Below, piece after piece: positions 30,182-39,891 of a DNA stretch of 63,032 bases (positions within the stretch are counted from its first letter, which is position 1; the number at the start of each line of letters is the position of its first letter). Both the position numbers and the translations under genes were made by a program. The stretch is from IMG/VR virus record IMGVR_UViG_3300017766_001347, positions 1 to 63,032 of that record, one strand, 5' to 3'. The notes below the pieces were generated by a model that made no database searches, had not been told where the DNA came from, and saw only the letters and a program-made list of their open reading frames with translations. The DNA comes from a virus (Duplodnaviria; Caudoviricetes).

Positions 30182-30847
30182 ATGCTAGACAATATTGACA
30201 TGATTTACATCTGCCACTACAAGAAATTGGTGGATAGAAAGAAAACCATAACCGAGCAGTTGTCTAGATTGGGTCTTCAAAACTTCATGTTTGTGGAACA
30301 GTTTGACAAGGACTGTTGGAACATGGAAGAGATTTGTAAACAGTTTCCCAAGATAAATGACCCTGAAAATCGGATGACAGATGGCGAGAAATCACTCGCT
30401 CTAAAACATGCTTGGCTGATAAAGGACATGTATGCTAATGACTATTCTTCCGTTTTGGTACTGGAAGACGATGCAATCCTGTGTGATGATTTTGTGACGA
30501 AATACAACTCATACATGAAGCAAATGCCTCCCGATTGGGACATTGGATGGGTGGGAAGTTGTTTCAACTTGAGAGAACCACAAATACCCGGTGTCAATGT
30601 GTACAAAACCGCCCGTGGATCACGATGCACTCACGCATTCTGCTTGAGCAGATCGTTTGCAGAAAAGATGATTGAAGAAATCTCAAACATCAATCAACCA
30701 TCGGACAGATACTATAACTACATTGTGAAGCAGCACAACCTAAACAACTACTGGTTTCAGCCTGCTCTCGCACTGCAAAGCCTAGAGTTCTGTTCATCAT
30801 TGAATTCGAATCCAAATCACAAATGGAATCCACAGGAGATGGGTTAA
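30182..30847 (+). CDS. glycosyltransferase family 25
   Basis: IY.......DRK, GE.S..L.H, LVLEDDA. Confidence 0.82.
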   Translation: MLDNIDMIYICHYKKLVDRKKTITEQLSRLGLQNFMFVEQFDKDCWNMEEICKQFPKINDPENRMTDGEKSLALKHAWLIKDMYANDYSSVLVLEDDAILCDDFVTKYNSYMKQMPPDWDIGWVGSCFNLREPQIPGVNVYKTARGSRCTHAFCLSRSFAEKMIEEISNINQPSDRYYNYIVKQHNLNNYWFQPALALQSLEFCSSLNSNPNHKWNPQEMG

Positions 30848-30848
30848 C

Positions 30849-31700
30849 ATGAATATATCGTTTTCTGATTTTTGGGGTGGAGTTGATCCTTACAATAACT
30901 TTTTCATAGACTTGTTGCAGAGCATGAATCCTGACTACAGGGTTGTTCCATTCTCCAACGAGAATACTGATATATTGATCTATTCTTGTTTCGGAAACAC
31001 TCACCACCAAGCGGATCGTTCAAAGGTAAAGAAGATATTCTATACCGGAGAAAACAAGCGACCAAACTACAACGAGTGTGACTATAGCCTGACATTTGAT
31101 TTCCCTGATTACGGTGGTAGAAACATCAGGTTGCCGCTTTGGTTGATGCAGATAGATTGGTTTGGTAAGGTCAACTACGGAAATCCACAGTTTGTCATTC
31201 CTCCATCTGAACTTCGAAACAGCAGATATTCAAGTCGCCCAAAGACAGAGTTCTGCTGCATCGTGTTTAACAATCCAATACCAAATCGTGTTGAGATACT
31301 TAAGAAACTGTCCAAGTATAAGGATATCCATTGTTACGGCAATCCATTCGGAAATCACTTTTATGGAGAAGACAATAAATACGAAGTGATTTCTAGATAC
31401 AAGTTTAATATCTGTTTTGAGAACGGCATTCATCCGGGATATTACACAGAGAAACCTATCCATGCAAAGGTAGCCGGATGCTTGCCCTTGTATTGGGCAG
31501 ATGAAAACTGCAAGCACGATTTCAACACGGGATCGTTCCTGAATCTAAATGATTTCTCTGATATGGACGCTTTCGTGGAACGAATCATAGAACTGGATAG
31601 AAACGAAGACGAATACAATCACATAGCATCGCAGTATTTGTTTGAAGGCATGGAGCCTTCTCTTGAGCCACTGAAAGCAGCATTGGAGAAGATACTGTGA
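30849..31700 (+). CDS. alpha-1,3-fucosyltransferase-like (GT10)
   Basis: FYTGEN.RP, YKFNICFEN...GYYTEK, P.YW. Confidence 0.9.
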   Translation: MNISFSDFWGGVDPYNNFFIDLLQSMNPDYRVVPFSNENTDILIYSCFGNTHHQADRSKVKKIFYTGENKRPNYNECDYSLTFDFPDYGGRNIRLPLWLMQIDWFGKVNYGNPQFVIPPSELRNSRYSSRPKTEFCCIVFNNPIPNRVEILKKLSKYKDIHCYGNPFGNHFYGEDNKYEVISRYKFNICFENGIHPGYYTEKPIHAKVAGCLPLYWADENCKHDFNTGSFLNLNDFSDMDAFVERIIELDRNEDEYNHIASQYLFEGMEPSLEPLKAALEKIL

Positions 31701-32755
31701 AGTATGTCCTTATTACAGGTTCTTCCGGACTGATTGGTAGTCAATCGGTAGACTTTTTCCACAAAATGGGATACGGAATCATCGGTATTGACAATGATAT
31801 GCGAGCATATTTCTTTGGAAAGGAAGCGTCAACAACTCCTTCAAAGAATTCTATAGTAGAATCGTATCCAAACTATATTCATTTTGATTACGACATTCGC
31901 TCGTTTGAATCTATGCAGTCTGTATTTGAAAAATATGGAAAGAGTATCGAACTCATAATTCATACAGCAGCACAGCCTTCTCACGACTGGGCAGCCAAAG
32001 AGCCACTTACGGATTTTTCCGTGAATGCAGTCGGTACTCTGAATCTGCTAGAACTCACTCGTAAACACTGCCCCGATGCAACATTCGTGTTTACATCTAC
32101 AAATAAGGTGTACGGAGATAGACCCAACTACTTGAAGATCGTGGAACAGAAAACACGATACGAATGCTTTGATGATTGGTCGTGCCCCTACGCTGTCCCC
32201 GAAACCATGTCCATAGATCACACAAAGCATTCAGTGTTTGGTGCTTCAAAGGTAGCAGCAGATGTAATGTGTCAGGAATACGGGCGGTATTTTGGTCTTA
32301 AGACAGGTGTGTTCCGTGGTGGTTGCCTCACCGGACCAAACCATGCGGGAACGGAATTGCACGGATTCTTGTCCTATCTTGTAAAGTGTATGGTACACGA
32401 CAAACCATACACTATATTTGGATACAAGGGAAAACAAGTCCGAGACAACATCCACAGTTACGATCTGGTTAATATGTTTTGGCATTTTCACAAGAATCCA
32501 CGATGTGGTGAAGTCTATAATGCTGGAGGAGGAAGAGACAATTCTTGTTCCATATTAGAAGCCATAGATATGGTAAACCAAAAGACGGGCTTGGGGTGGA
32601 ATCAATATACGGTTTCGGAAAACAACAGGATCGGAGATCATATCTGGTACATAAGTGATTTGAGCAAATTTAAGAGTCATTATTCAGAATGGTCTATCAA
32701 ACATAATCTATCTGATACTCTTGATTCCATGATTACTGTCGAAATCAACAGATGA
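31697..32755 (+). CDS. NAD-dependent sugar epimerase (CDP-paratose 2-epimerase-like)
   Basis: ITGSSGLIG, HTAAQPSHD, STNKVYG, FGASK, G.QVRDNIH. Confidence 0.88.
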   Translation: MKYVLITGSSGLIGSQSVDFFHKMGYGIIGIDNDMRAYFFGKEASTTPSKNSIVESYPNYIHFDYDIRSFESMQSVFEKYGKSIELIIHTAAQPSHDWAAKEPLTDFSVNAVGTLNLLELTRKHCPDATFVFTSTNKVYGDRPNYLKIVEQKTRYECFDDWSCPYAVPETMSIDHTKHSVFGASKVAADVMCQEYGRYFGLKTGVFRGGCLTGPNHAGTELHGFLSYLVKCMVHDKPYTIFGYKGKQVRDNIHSYDLVNMFWHFHKNPRCGEVYNAGGGRDNSCSILEAIDMVNQKTGLGWNQYTVSENNRIGDHIWYISDLSKFKSHYSEWSIKHNLSDTLDSMITVEINR

Positions 32756-33546
32756 GCAAGCCACGACTGGTTTTTCTTTTTGCTGGTCAACTCAGAACAT
32801 TCGACTCGCTTCCGGTTGTTAGAAGTTGGAGAAAGTTTTTTGATGCATATGATGTTTTGGTCTATGGATGTTTTTGGAGCAATCGTGGAAAGTCGGCGTG
32901 TTCAATCAGTTCTGGCATAGCAACAGATGTTAATCCGGATGAAGTAATCTCATTGGATTGCGTGAAGGATGTATTTCAGACAAACAACATATGGTTGTAT
33001 GACTACGAAGATTTCCTATCTGGTCTTCCTACGGAGTATGCTCAATTTCAGTCATGTCAGTATTTTGGTTGTTCGGTTCCACACTCCTTCTTGAGAAAGC
33101 AAGTGTGTGACAAAATGATAGAAGACGGAAAAGATATTTCATTCGATCCCATGTCTTATACATTGATTCGACCTGACTTGATTTGGCTGACCGAACCGCC
33201 ACAGTGCTTTACAGATCACGGCAATTTTTTGTGGCACAACGACTCACCTCAAGCATATCATCCCAATCGAATATACGACATATTCATGTGTTCAAACCGA
33301 CAGAATGTACTTAAGATGGGAAACATGTATGAAGATGTTTCCGGATTTTTAACAGCGGTTGATTCAACATTTAATTGCAGCCTTCATCCGTTGGACAGTT
33401 GTAGGCTGAATTACAACTATTCTGTTCTGAATGGGATTGAGGTTCGTAGTCAGCAGAGACTACATATTGATGTTCTCCGAGAGGATTCTGATGTGGACAG
33501 ATACCGAGAAGTCTACACGAAGCATCCTCTATGGGGAGTGGCTTGA
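32752..33546 (+). CDS. hypothetical glycan-locus protein (GQLR...RPD family)
   Basis: FLFAGQLR and LIRPD motifs shared with ORFs at 38344 and 39101. Confidence 0.6.
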   Translation: MSKPRLVFLFAGQLRTFDSLPVVRSWRKFFDAYDVLVYGCFWSNRGKSACSISSGIATDVNPDEVISLDCVKDVFQTNNIWLYDYEDFLSGLPTEYAQFQSCQYFGCSVPHSFLRKQVCDKMIEDGKDISFDPMSYTLIRPDLIWLTEPPQCFTDHGNFLWHNDSPQAYHPNRIYDIFMCSNRQNVLKMGNMYEDVSGFLTAVDSTFNCSLHPLDSCRLNYNYSVLNGIEVRSQQRLHIDVLREDSDVDRYREVYTKHPLWGVA

Positions 33547-33611
33547 TACAGATCAAATAAACATTTGCATGATCTTCTCGGGTTTGTTTTGTTCCGTTCA
33601 ATACGGGTTCG

Positions 33612-33618
33612 CTAAATA
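33612..33618 (+). promoter_or_regulatory. late promoter-like motif (CTAAATA) upstream of ribB
   Basis: In the only sizeable intergenic gap of the island; followed by SD GAGGA. Confidence 0.5.
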
Positions 33619-33648
33619 CTCTTACGCACCAAATGAGGATTGATTGAA

Positions 33649-34281
33649 ATGAAGACTTCAAACAATATGGAAACAATCGTGAGTGACATCAAGGCAGGAA
33701 AGCCTGTGATAATCGTAGACAGTTATGATCGTGAAAACGAGGGTGATCTCATGCTTGCAGCAGAGATGGCAACTCCTGAGACATTGGCTTTCATGGCAAA
33801 GTGGGGGCGTGGGATCATGTGCCTTCCATGTATGGCAGACCGATTGGAGCGTCTGTCCGTTCCTATGATGCAGAGCAACAAACTAGACAAGTTTGTTACG
33901 CCTTTTGCGAACAGTATTGATGCATCAGAGGGCGTGTCAACGGGAGTGAGCGTGAACGACAGAATGGTTACCATTCAGAAGTTTGTCAGTGAAACCAGTG
34001 TTCCTAGCGACTTTGCACAGCCCGGTCACCTGTTTCCGCTTCGTGCCCGTCCCGGTCTACTCCAAGAGAGACAAGGACACACGGAATCTAGTGTTGAACT
34101 GTGTCTGCTAGCAGGAGTCAAGCCAGTAGCAATCATTATCGAAGTTATGAACGATGATGGTTCAATGGCACGACTCCCACAACTAGAAGAACTGGCAAAG
34201 CGTTTTCAGTTGAACATGATCTCTATTGATGAAATCATTGAGCATAAGTATGGAAAAGTCATTCAACACGCGAGCCTATAA
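33649..34281 (+). CDS. ribB: 3,4-dihydroxy-2-butanone-4-phosphate synthase
   Basis: D..DRENEGDL, G..CL, TGVS..DR, PGHLFPL, R.GHTE, DDG.MAR. Confidence 0.93.
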   Translation: MKTSNNMETIVSDIKAGKPVIIVDSYDRENEGDLMLAAEMATPETLAFMAKWGRGIMCLPCMADRLERLSVPMMQSNKLDKFVTPFANSIDASEGVSTGVSVNDRMVTIQKFVSETSVPSDFAQPGHLFPLRARPGLLQERQGHTESSVELCLLAGVKPVAIIIEVMNDDGSMARLPQLEELAKRFQLNMISIDEIIEHKYGKVIQHASL

Positions 34282-35194
34282 CAGCATAGAATTACTGCCT
34301 TTCGGTCTTGTCAGAAAAAGCAGTGCTTCTGATAGGCTATCGGATGAAGTGTTCTATTACGATTCCATCCCATCGGATGTGCTGCATCTCTTTCCTAGAA
34401 AGAAAGATTTCTACACTAAAGATGGAAAACACAACCTTGTTCTTGAGTACTACCCATATCAAAATCTTGGTCAGCACATGATGTGCAACGAAGTGTTTGA
34501 TTGGGGTTCTGTTTTTTCAAATCTAAAGAGTGCCATAGATTTGATGAGAGAGCATACAGAACACAGTGATGATTCTGAAAAATATGCTTCTTCGATGTAC
34601 ATTACCAAGACAAAAACCGAGTACGAGAACTTAAAGAAGACCTACTATGACAGTGAACTTTTTTCTTCCGAAAAACTAGTAATCAACGGCAAAGAGTACA
34701 CTAATTTTGAGGGTCTGTGGTTCAAGGTGCAATCCCTGATCGAAAAGCACCTTCTTTCCTATCGCAGAAATATGATTCACGGGGACATGTGTTTCAGCAA
34801 CATACTGTATCACCCGAAGGTTGGTGCCAGATTCATAGACATGCGAGGCTCTTTTGGTGCAAGAGGTGTTTACGGAGACACCATGTACGATTACGCAAAA
34901 CTTCTGCATTCTGTTGAGGGTGGATATGAACTATTCATCAATGACAGTTTTTCTGTGGAAAGGGAGTCGCGTGGTGTATACAATGCTTATCTGTTCTCAA
35001 ACAAGAACAAGGATCTTGCTTTTGATGCCTACATGCAAACATTTGCAGATAAAAACATTGACCTGATCCGTTTGGTTGAGGGGCTGATATTTGTTGGAAT
35101 GTGTGCCCGACACTACGATAGCGAAAAGCGTCAGATGATAATGTACTTGACAGGAATCAAAACTCTAAACGAGGCAGTGAAACAACTATGCTAA
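34250..35194 (+). CDS. APH/choline-kinase-like phosphotransferase (capsule-locus type)
   Basis: HGDMCFSNIL, IDMRG.FG, GD..YD.AKL.HS..GGY. Confidence 0.82.
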   Translation: MEKSFNTRAYNSIELLPFGLVRKSSASDRLSDEVFYYDSIPSDVLHLFPRKKDFYTKDGKHNLVLEYYPYQNLGQHMMCNEVFDWGSVFSNLKSAIDLMREHTEHSDDSEKYASSMYITKTKTEYENLKKTYYDSELFSSEKLVINGKEYTNFEGLWFKVQSLIEKHLLSYRRNMIHGDMCFSNILYHPKVGARFIDMRGSFGARGVYGDTMYDYAKLLHSVEGGYELFINDSFSVERESRGVYNAYLFSNKNKDLAFDAYMQTFADKNIDLIRLVEGLIFVGMCARHYDSEKRQMIMYLTGIKTLNEAVKQLC

Positions 35195-35970
35195 ACATTG
35201 TGGTATTGATGGCAGGCAGGGGCAGCAGATTCACGGAAAAGGGATATCGTGTTCCAAAGCCTATGGTGATGGTCAATGGAAAGACTATTCTTCAATGGAC
35301 TACTGAATCATGTCCATTCATTCGACATGACGGAAGGGGACAGAGTTCCGATGTGAACCTTTGTTTTGCCGTTCTGTTGGAGCATCTAGAGGACGGTCTT
35401 GGAGAATTTTTGAAATCAGTTTATGGAAATAACATCACCATCATTCCTTTTGAAAAGGTTACTCGCGGAAATCTAGAGACTGCTAGACTCGCTTGCGATA
35501 AGTTGCATTTTTCAAATCAGCCAATACTTTTCTTGGATTCGGACAACAAATACGATCACTGCGGTATGGATGAGTTTTTTCAGTCTCTTCCAAACGATCT
35601 TACCACAATGGCTATTTGCTGCTTTGATGATCCCAGCAAAACCCTTCCCAATAAGTGGTCAAATGCAAGAATGAAAAATGGATTGGCTGTAGAAATAAAA
35701 GAGAAAGACGATCTGTGGGTCAACTATCCCGCGCTTGTTGGAGCATTTTATTTCTCTAGGGTAGATCAGTTTAGAAACTACGCAGACTTTATCATGCATA
35801 ATGTTAATCCTGTTGGTGCTAGGGGCAAGGAAGAGTACTACATTAGTATGGTTCCAAAGCATCATGCAAACATAGGACAACCAGTTCATGTCCATATGGT
35901 GAATTCTGTTGTTCCTCTAGGAACACCGGAAGATGTGAATGTTTTTATGCAGAGAGGTAGCAACAAGTGA
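35188..35970 (+). CDS. sugar-phosphate nucleotidyltransferase
   Basis: LMAGRGSRF...GY..PKP, DSD, G.FYF, EYYIS, LGTPED. Confidence 0.88.
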   Translation: MLNIVVLMAGRGSRFTEKGYRVPKPMVMVNGKTILQWTTESCPFIRHDGRGQSSDVNLCFAVLLEHLEDGLGEFLKSVYGNNITIIPFEKVTRGNLETARLACDKLHFSNQPILFLDSDNKYDHCGMDEFFQSLPNDLTTMAICCFDDPSKTLPNKWSNARMKNGLAVEIKEKDDLWVNYPALVGAFYFSRVDQFRNYADFIMHNVNPVGARGKEEYYISMVPKHHANIGQPVHVHMVNSVVPLGTPEDVNVFMQRGSNK

Positions 35971-36347
35971 TATTCGCTTTTGATCTAGACAACACCGTAT
36001 GCGAACGGAAATTGGGTAACATGACATATTCAGATGTTCTTCCTTTTCAGGAAGCAGTGGATATCATCAGATGGTTGAAGTCCGAGGGTCATACCATCAT
36101 CCTACATACTGGCAGACACATGAGAACATGTGGAGGAAATCAGGGAAAAGTATTAGGAAAACAAGGCAAGATTTTATTTGATTGGTTGGAAAAACACCAG
36201 ATACCTTATGATGAGATATGGTGGAGCAAGCCACACGCAGACCTATTCATAGACGATGCCGTTCATCGTCACACTGATTGGAAAACCTCATTGGAAGCAA
36301 TTAAAGATCGACTTGCAAAAGGCGACAGAACAGCGGAGAATCCTTAA
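35967..36347 (+). CDS. HAD-superfamily phosphatase (capsule-locus type)
   Basis: FDLDNT, HTGR.M, WL..H.IPYDEI, KP..D.FIDD. Confidence 0.87.
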   Translation: MIFAFDLDNTVCERKLGNMTYSDVLPFQEAVDIIRWLKSEGHTIILHTGRHMRTCGGNQGKVLGKQGKILFDWLEKHQIPYDEIWWSKPHADLFIDDAVHRHTDWKTSLEAIKDRLAKGDRTAENP

Positions 36348-36349
36348 CC

Positions 36350-37219
36350 ATGAACACAGCAGAAACAGTACTTCCGGCATTTTTCTTTGACACCGCAGAC
36401 ACGCAAGCCATAAAGCGCATTTGGGACAAGTTGGGCAAGAAAGTATCATCTAAGTCCTGCTTGGGCATAACAACAAATCCAAACGCTCTAGCCAAGGTTA
36501 ACTGCCATACAGTGGCAGAACTTGAGAAGTTAGTGAAGAGCATGAGCGATACTATGGATGAAATCTGTGGTGGAGATTCGTTGATCTATGTGCAGGTTCC
36601 AAATTCCTGCATGAATCCAGCCAACATCGTTGAATGGGCAAATCTAATCTCAAAGTTCGATACTGGAAAGAGCAAGATTGCTCTGAAGATACCGCACTTC
36701 AGTTACATTCTACGAGAAACTGATCGACCTGTTTTCTGGAACACCGGACTCTTTGGTGCGTTCAAGAACCTGTATTTGAATGTCACTGGAATATCCGATA
36801 GCGGAACTATCATCAAGGCATTGAGTTATGAGAATGTCTCCTATGCCAGTATTATTCCCGGAAGAATGGAAGAGGCTGGAATTGATGCTAATGCACATCT
36901 CAAGTACCTCTGCGAACAGAAATTCAAGAAACACCAAGCAGTAATCACGGGCAGCATGAGAACTATCAAAGGTCTAAAGGATTCAGTTTACTATCGAACT
37001 GTCCCGACAATTGGAACTCGCGTGTGGGATTTGATTGAACAGGGTGATCTTTGGGAAGAGTTCCCGACATATTGGAATGAGTTGTATTCTCGTTGCGAAG
37101 GCGCAGTTCAGGACTATTGCCCCGAAACGACCCAAGACAACATTGGACTAAGCAAGCAATTCTTTGAGCAGATGGATTCTCTAGGGAATAAACTGTACGA
37201 AGATTTCATGCGCCCATAA
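36350..37219 (+). CDS. divergent transaldolase / fructose-6-phosphate aldolase family protein
   Basis: DTAD, GITTNP, Schiff-base LKIP, NVT, Y.S...GR, SMR. Confidence 0.8.
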   Translation: MNTAETVLPAFFFDTADTQAIKRIWDKLGKKVSSKSCLGITTNPNALAKVNCHTVAELEKLVKSMSDTMDEICGGDSLIYVQVPNSCMNPANIVEWANLISKFDTGKSKIALKIPHFSYILRETDRPVFWNTGLFGAFKNLYLNVTGISDSGTIIKALSYENVSYASIIPGRMEEAGIDANAHLKYLCEQKFKKHQAVITGSMRTIKGLKDSVYYRTVPTIGTRVWDLIEQGDLWEEFPTYWNELYSRCEGAVQDYCPETTQDNIGLSKQFFEQMDSLGNKLYEDFMRP

Positions 37220-37231
37220 AGGAAAGCACAC

Positions 37232-38338
37232 ATGGTCAAGAGAACTAACTGTGTGTTGTGTTCTGGACATTTGAGGTTCGTTCAGGTATTCAAGAATTTT
37301 CCTGTATACATGGGAGTTACCGACAAGAGTGAGCCTGAACTCTATCAAGATATGGAGTTTTGTTCCTGCATTAAGTGTGGTTGTGTACAACTCAGTGGGC
37401 TTGTTGATCCACAAGTTCTCTACAAGCACCCACACAATCCAGCAATAGGAAAAACATGGGAACTGCACAATCAGGCTTTGTCTGAATTTGTAATTTCAAC
37501 TGGTGCAAAGAACATTATTGACATTGGTGGAGCAAACATGAAGATAGCAAACGCCGTTTGCAAGTCTTCGTCTGTCGAATCATACACAGTCTGCGATGTG
37601 TCTGTTGGATCTTATCTGTGCGAAAGCAATCCAAAGGTAAGCACAATTCAAGATTACATTGAGAACATTGAATCAGACAAGAAATACGATACTGCTGTTT
37701 TATCACATACACTAGAACATTTCTACAATCCGGTTCAGGTTCTTTCGAAAATCAAAGATATATTGACTGCTGATGGTGTCGTAGTTGTTTCTGTTCCTAA
37801 TATAGAACAGCAGTTGAAAGATGGATTTTTGAATGCGCTGAATTTTGAACACACATACTACATCAGCCACGACTATATGAATTTCATGGTGGGTATGGCT
37901 GGACTTCAAGTTGTAGACAGACATGATTTTTCAAAACATAATTCCTTCTATCTTCTAAAAAGAACAGCCTCATCACCGGAGTTTCCCGTAGACATATCAA
38001 AAGCAAGAGTTGTATACGAGACATTCGTAAAAAATCTTCTCAAGGATGTTGCAAACATCAATTTTCAAACCATTGGGAAAAAGATGTACTGCTTTGGGGC
38101 ACACATCTTCACGCAAATGCTTATTGCTTCGGGTCTTAATACCGATTCGATAATTGGTGTTTTGGACAACGACAAGAGCAAAAACGGAAAGTTCCTTTAC
38201 GGCACCAATTTGATGGTGTACAATCCATCTTTTATAGCACAAGAAGAAGAGCCTTGCGTTGTTTTGCGGGTCGCTCAGTATAAAGATGAGATAGTGGATT
38301 CCATCAAAAATCACAACCAAGGGGTAAAAATCATTTGA
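37232..38338 (+). CDS. SAM-dependent methyltransferase (NDP-sugar C-methyltransferase-like)
   Basis: N-terminal CVLC...CIKC, IDIGG, SHTLEH, VPN, EH, C-terminal FGA...LDND..K.GK. Confidence 0.82.
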   Translation: MVKRTNCVLCSGHLRFVQVFKNFPVYMGVTDKSEPELYQDMEFCSCIKCGCVQLSGLVDPQVLYKHPHNPAIGKTWELHNQALSEFVISTGAKNIIDIGGANMKIANAVCKSSSVESYTVCDVSVGSYLCESNPKVSTIQDYIENIESDKKYDTAVLSHTLEHFYNPVQVLSKIKDILTADGVVVVSVPNIEQQLKDGFLNALNFEHTYYISHDYMNFMVGMAGLQVVDRHDFSKHNSFYLLKRTASSPEFPVDISKARVVYETFVKNLLKDVANINFQTIGKKMYCFGAHIFTQMLIASGLNTDSIIGVLDNDKSKNGKFLYGTNLMVYNPSFIAQEEEPCVVLRVAQYKDEIVDSIKNHNQGVKII

Positions 38339-38343
38339 GTAGG

Positions 38344-39099
38344 ATGAAAGTTGCTTTATGTCTACACGGACAGGCTAGGGGGCTAGGACTCCTGACCGAC
38401 TGCTCTCCTGTTTCTATAGACTATCAAAACAAAAATCTCCTAAAAAGAGATGATGTCTCGGTTGATGTTTTTTTCCATACATGGGACTATTCCAAATCTA
38501 TAAGAAATTTCAAACAGAGAATCATTGATCTATATTCTCCAAAATCTTTCATGTTTGAATCTCCTTTGGACTGGAATTTTGTTCAGCAGTTTAAGGACGG
38601 CTCGGCACCGCCAGAATATGTGTATTCGAACTACTCCCACTATCACAGTGTTTATTTTTCTGATTTGAAGAGGATAGAATACGAACAATCAACAGGACAA
38701 TGTTACGATTGGGTGATATGTACACGATTCGATGTTGCTCTGAATGTCAGATTAGATTTTGACTCTTTGGACAAGTCGAAGGTATACCAATCAGATTTTA
38801 ACATGGATCAGTACATGTCCAACGGATTGAAAGTTCAGAATCCGGTGTTTGCAGTTGGAGGAGGAGAAAACATGAAAAAGTATTCTGCAATGCTTACAAA
38901 CTTGCAACACTTGCTTGATTCGTCCCACTCTATTGATGGTCATTCGATTTTTGGTGCGAATTTGAAGTATCAAGGACTGATAGATTCTATGATGCATCTA
39001 GACATGAATCACCCATTTCCACCACGCGGAAGAGATGCTTCTCCTAATTCGTTCGTCAGAGATGATTTTCATTCATTTATGAATTTACAAAACACCTGA
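38344..39099 (+). CDS. hypothetical glycan-locus protein (GQ.R...RFD family)
   Basis: KVALCLHGQAR, DVFFHTW, YDWVI.TRFD. Confidence 0.65.
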   Translation: MKVALCLHGQARGLGLLTDCSPVSIDYQNKNLLKRDDVSVDVFFHTWDYSKSIRNFKQRIIDLYSPKSFMFESPLDWNFVQQFKDGSAPPEYVYSNYSHYHSVYFSDLKRIEYEQSTGQCYDWVICTRFDVALNVRLDFDSLDKSKVYQSDFNMDQYMSNGLKVQNPVFAVGGGENMKKYSAMLTNLQHLLDSSHSIDGHSIFGANLKYQGLIDSMMHLDMNHPFPPRGRDASPNSFVRDDFHSFMNLQNT

Positions 39100-39100
39100 C

Positions 39101-39880
39101 ATGAATAAATCAAAAATAGCCATTCTGTTTACTGGTCATTTGCGATCACTAGATCGTGCTATTCCTGATTGGAAGTCCAAGCATCCGGAGTTTTATGATG
39201 CTGATAAGACTGATGTTTTTTGCCACACATGGAGTGGAGAAAACAAAACCGGATGGGAAAATGACAATAAACCCAGAATTATGAGAAACACCCTGTACAC
39301 CATAGATGATCTCAAACAGCATATGAATGTTGTTTCCTGTGATGTAGAGGAATACGATAGCAGTCCGGTGGGAGAGTTGACCAAACAAAACAACTACATT
39401 GGAACCAATTTTTCTCAAGCATACACATCAAGACGAGTGTACGAGATGTTTGAAAAGTATTCCAATGAAACAAACACCAAGTACGATCTAGTCATAAAGA
39501 CTCGCGTTGATACATTCTTAGGGAGGTTTCCACCGCAGTTTTCTGCTTATGGTGACTCCGGTGATCCTCAGCCTCTACCAATCGAATTGTTGAAAGACAA
39601 GGTTAAGGAAAGCCCCGATAAGGTCATGGTTCCTTGGTTCAACAACTGCGATCATGGAGGCATGACGGATCAGGTGTTGATTGGCAGTAAGGGGTCGATG
39701 CAGGGAATATGCTGCCTGTATATTGAGTGGTTGCAGAAAAATGCCGGAACGATTGGGCATTGGCACATAGAGACTAATTTCAAAAAATTCACAGATCACT
39801 ACGGGTTCAATATCGAACGATTCCATTACAACTTGGGAATTCTACGCAGCATTCCGGGTTGGGATGGAGCAGTACCATAA
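39101..39880 (+). CDS. hypothetical glycan-locus protein (GH.R...RVD family)
   Basis: KIAILFTGHLR, DVFCHTW, YDLVIKTRVD. Confidence 0.65.
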   Translation: MNKSKIAILFTGHLRSLDRAIPDWKSKHPEFYDADKTDVFCHTWSGENKTGWENDNKPRIMRNTLYTIDDLKQHMNVVSCDVEEYDSSPVGELTKQNNYIGTNFSQAYTSRRVYEMFEKYSNETNTKYDLVIKTRVDTFLGRFPPQFSAYGDSGDPQPLPIELLKDKVKESPDKVMVPWFNNCDHGGMTDQVLIGSKGSMQGICCLYIEWLQKNAGTIGHWHIETNFKKFTDHYGFNIERFHYNLGILRSIPGWDGAVP

Positions 39881-39891
39881 TAGGATTTAAT

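Noticed and set aside
33547-33648. FMN riboswitch upstream of ribB
   Set aside because: The gap is only ~100 nt and lacks the conserved RFN sequence blocks; it holds a late-promoter-like motif instead
36350-37219. Cyanophage talC AMG, implying a cyanobacterial host
   Set aside because: The protein is longer and divergent at catalytic positions, sits in a glycan operon, and no photosynthesis genes are in the window
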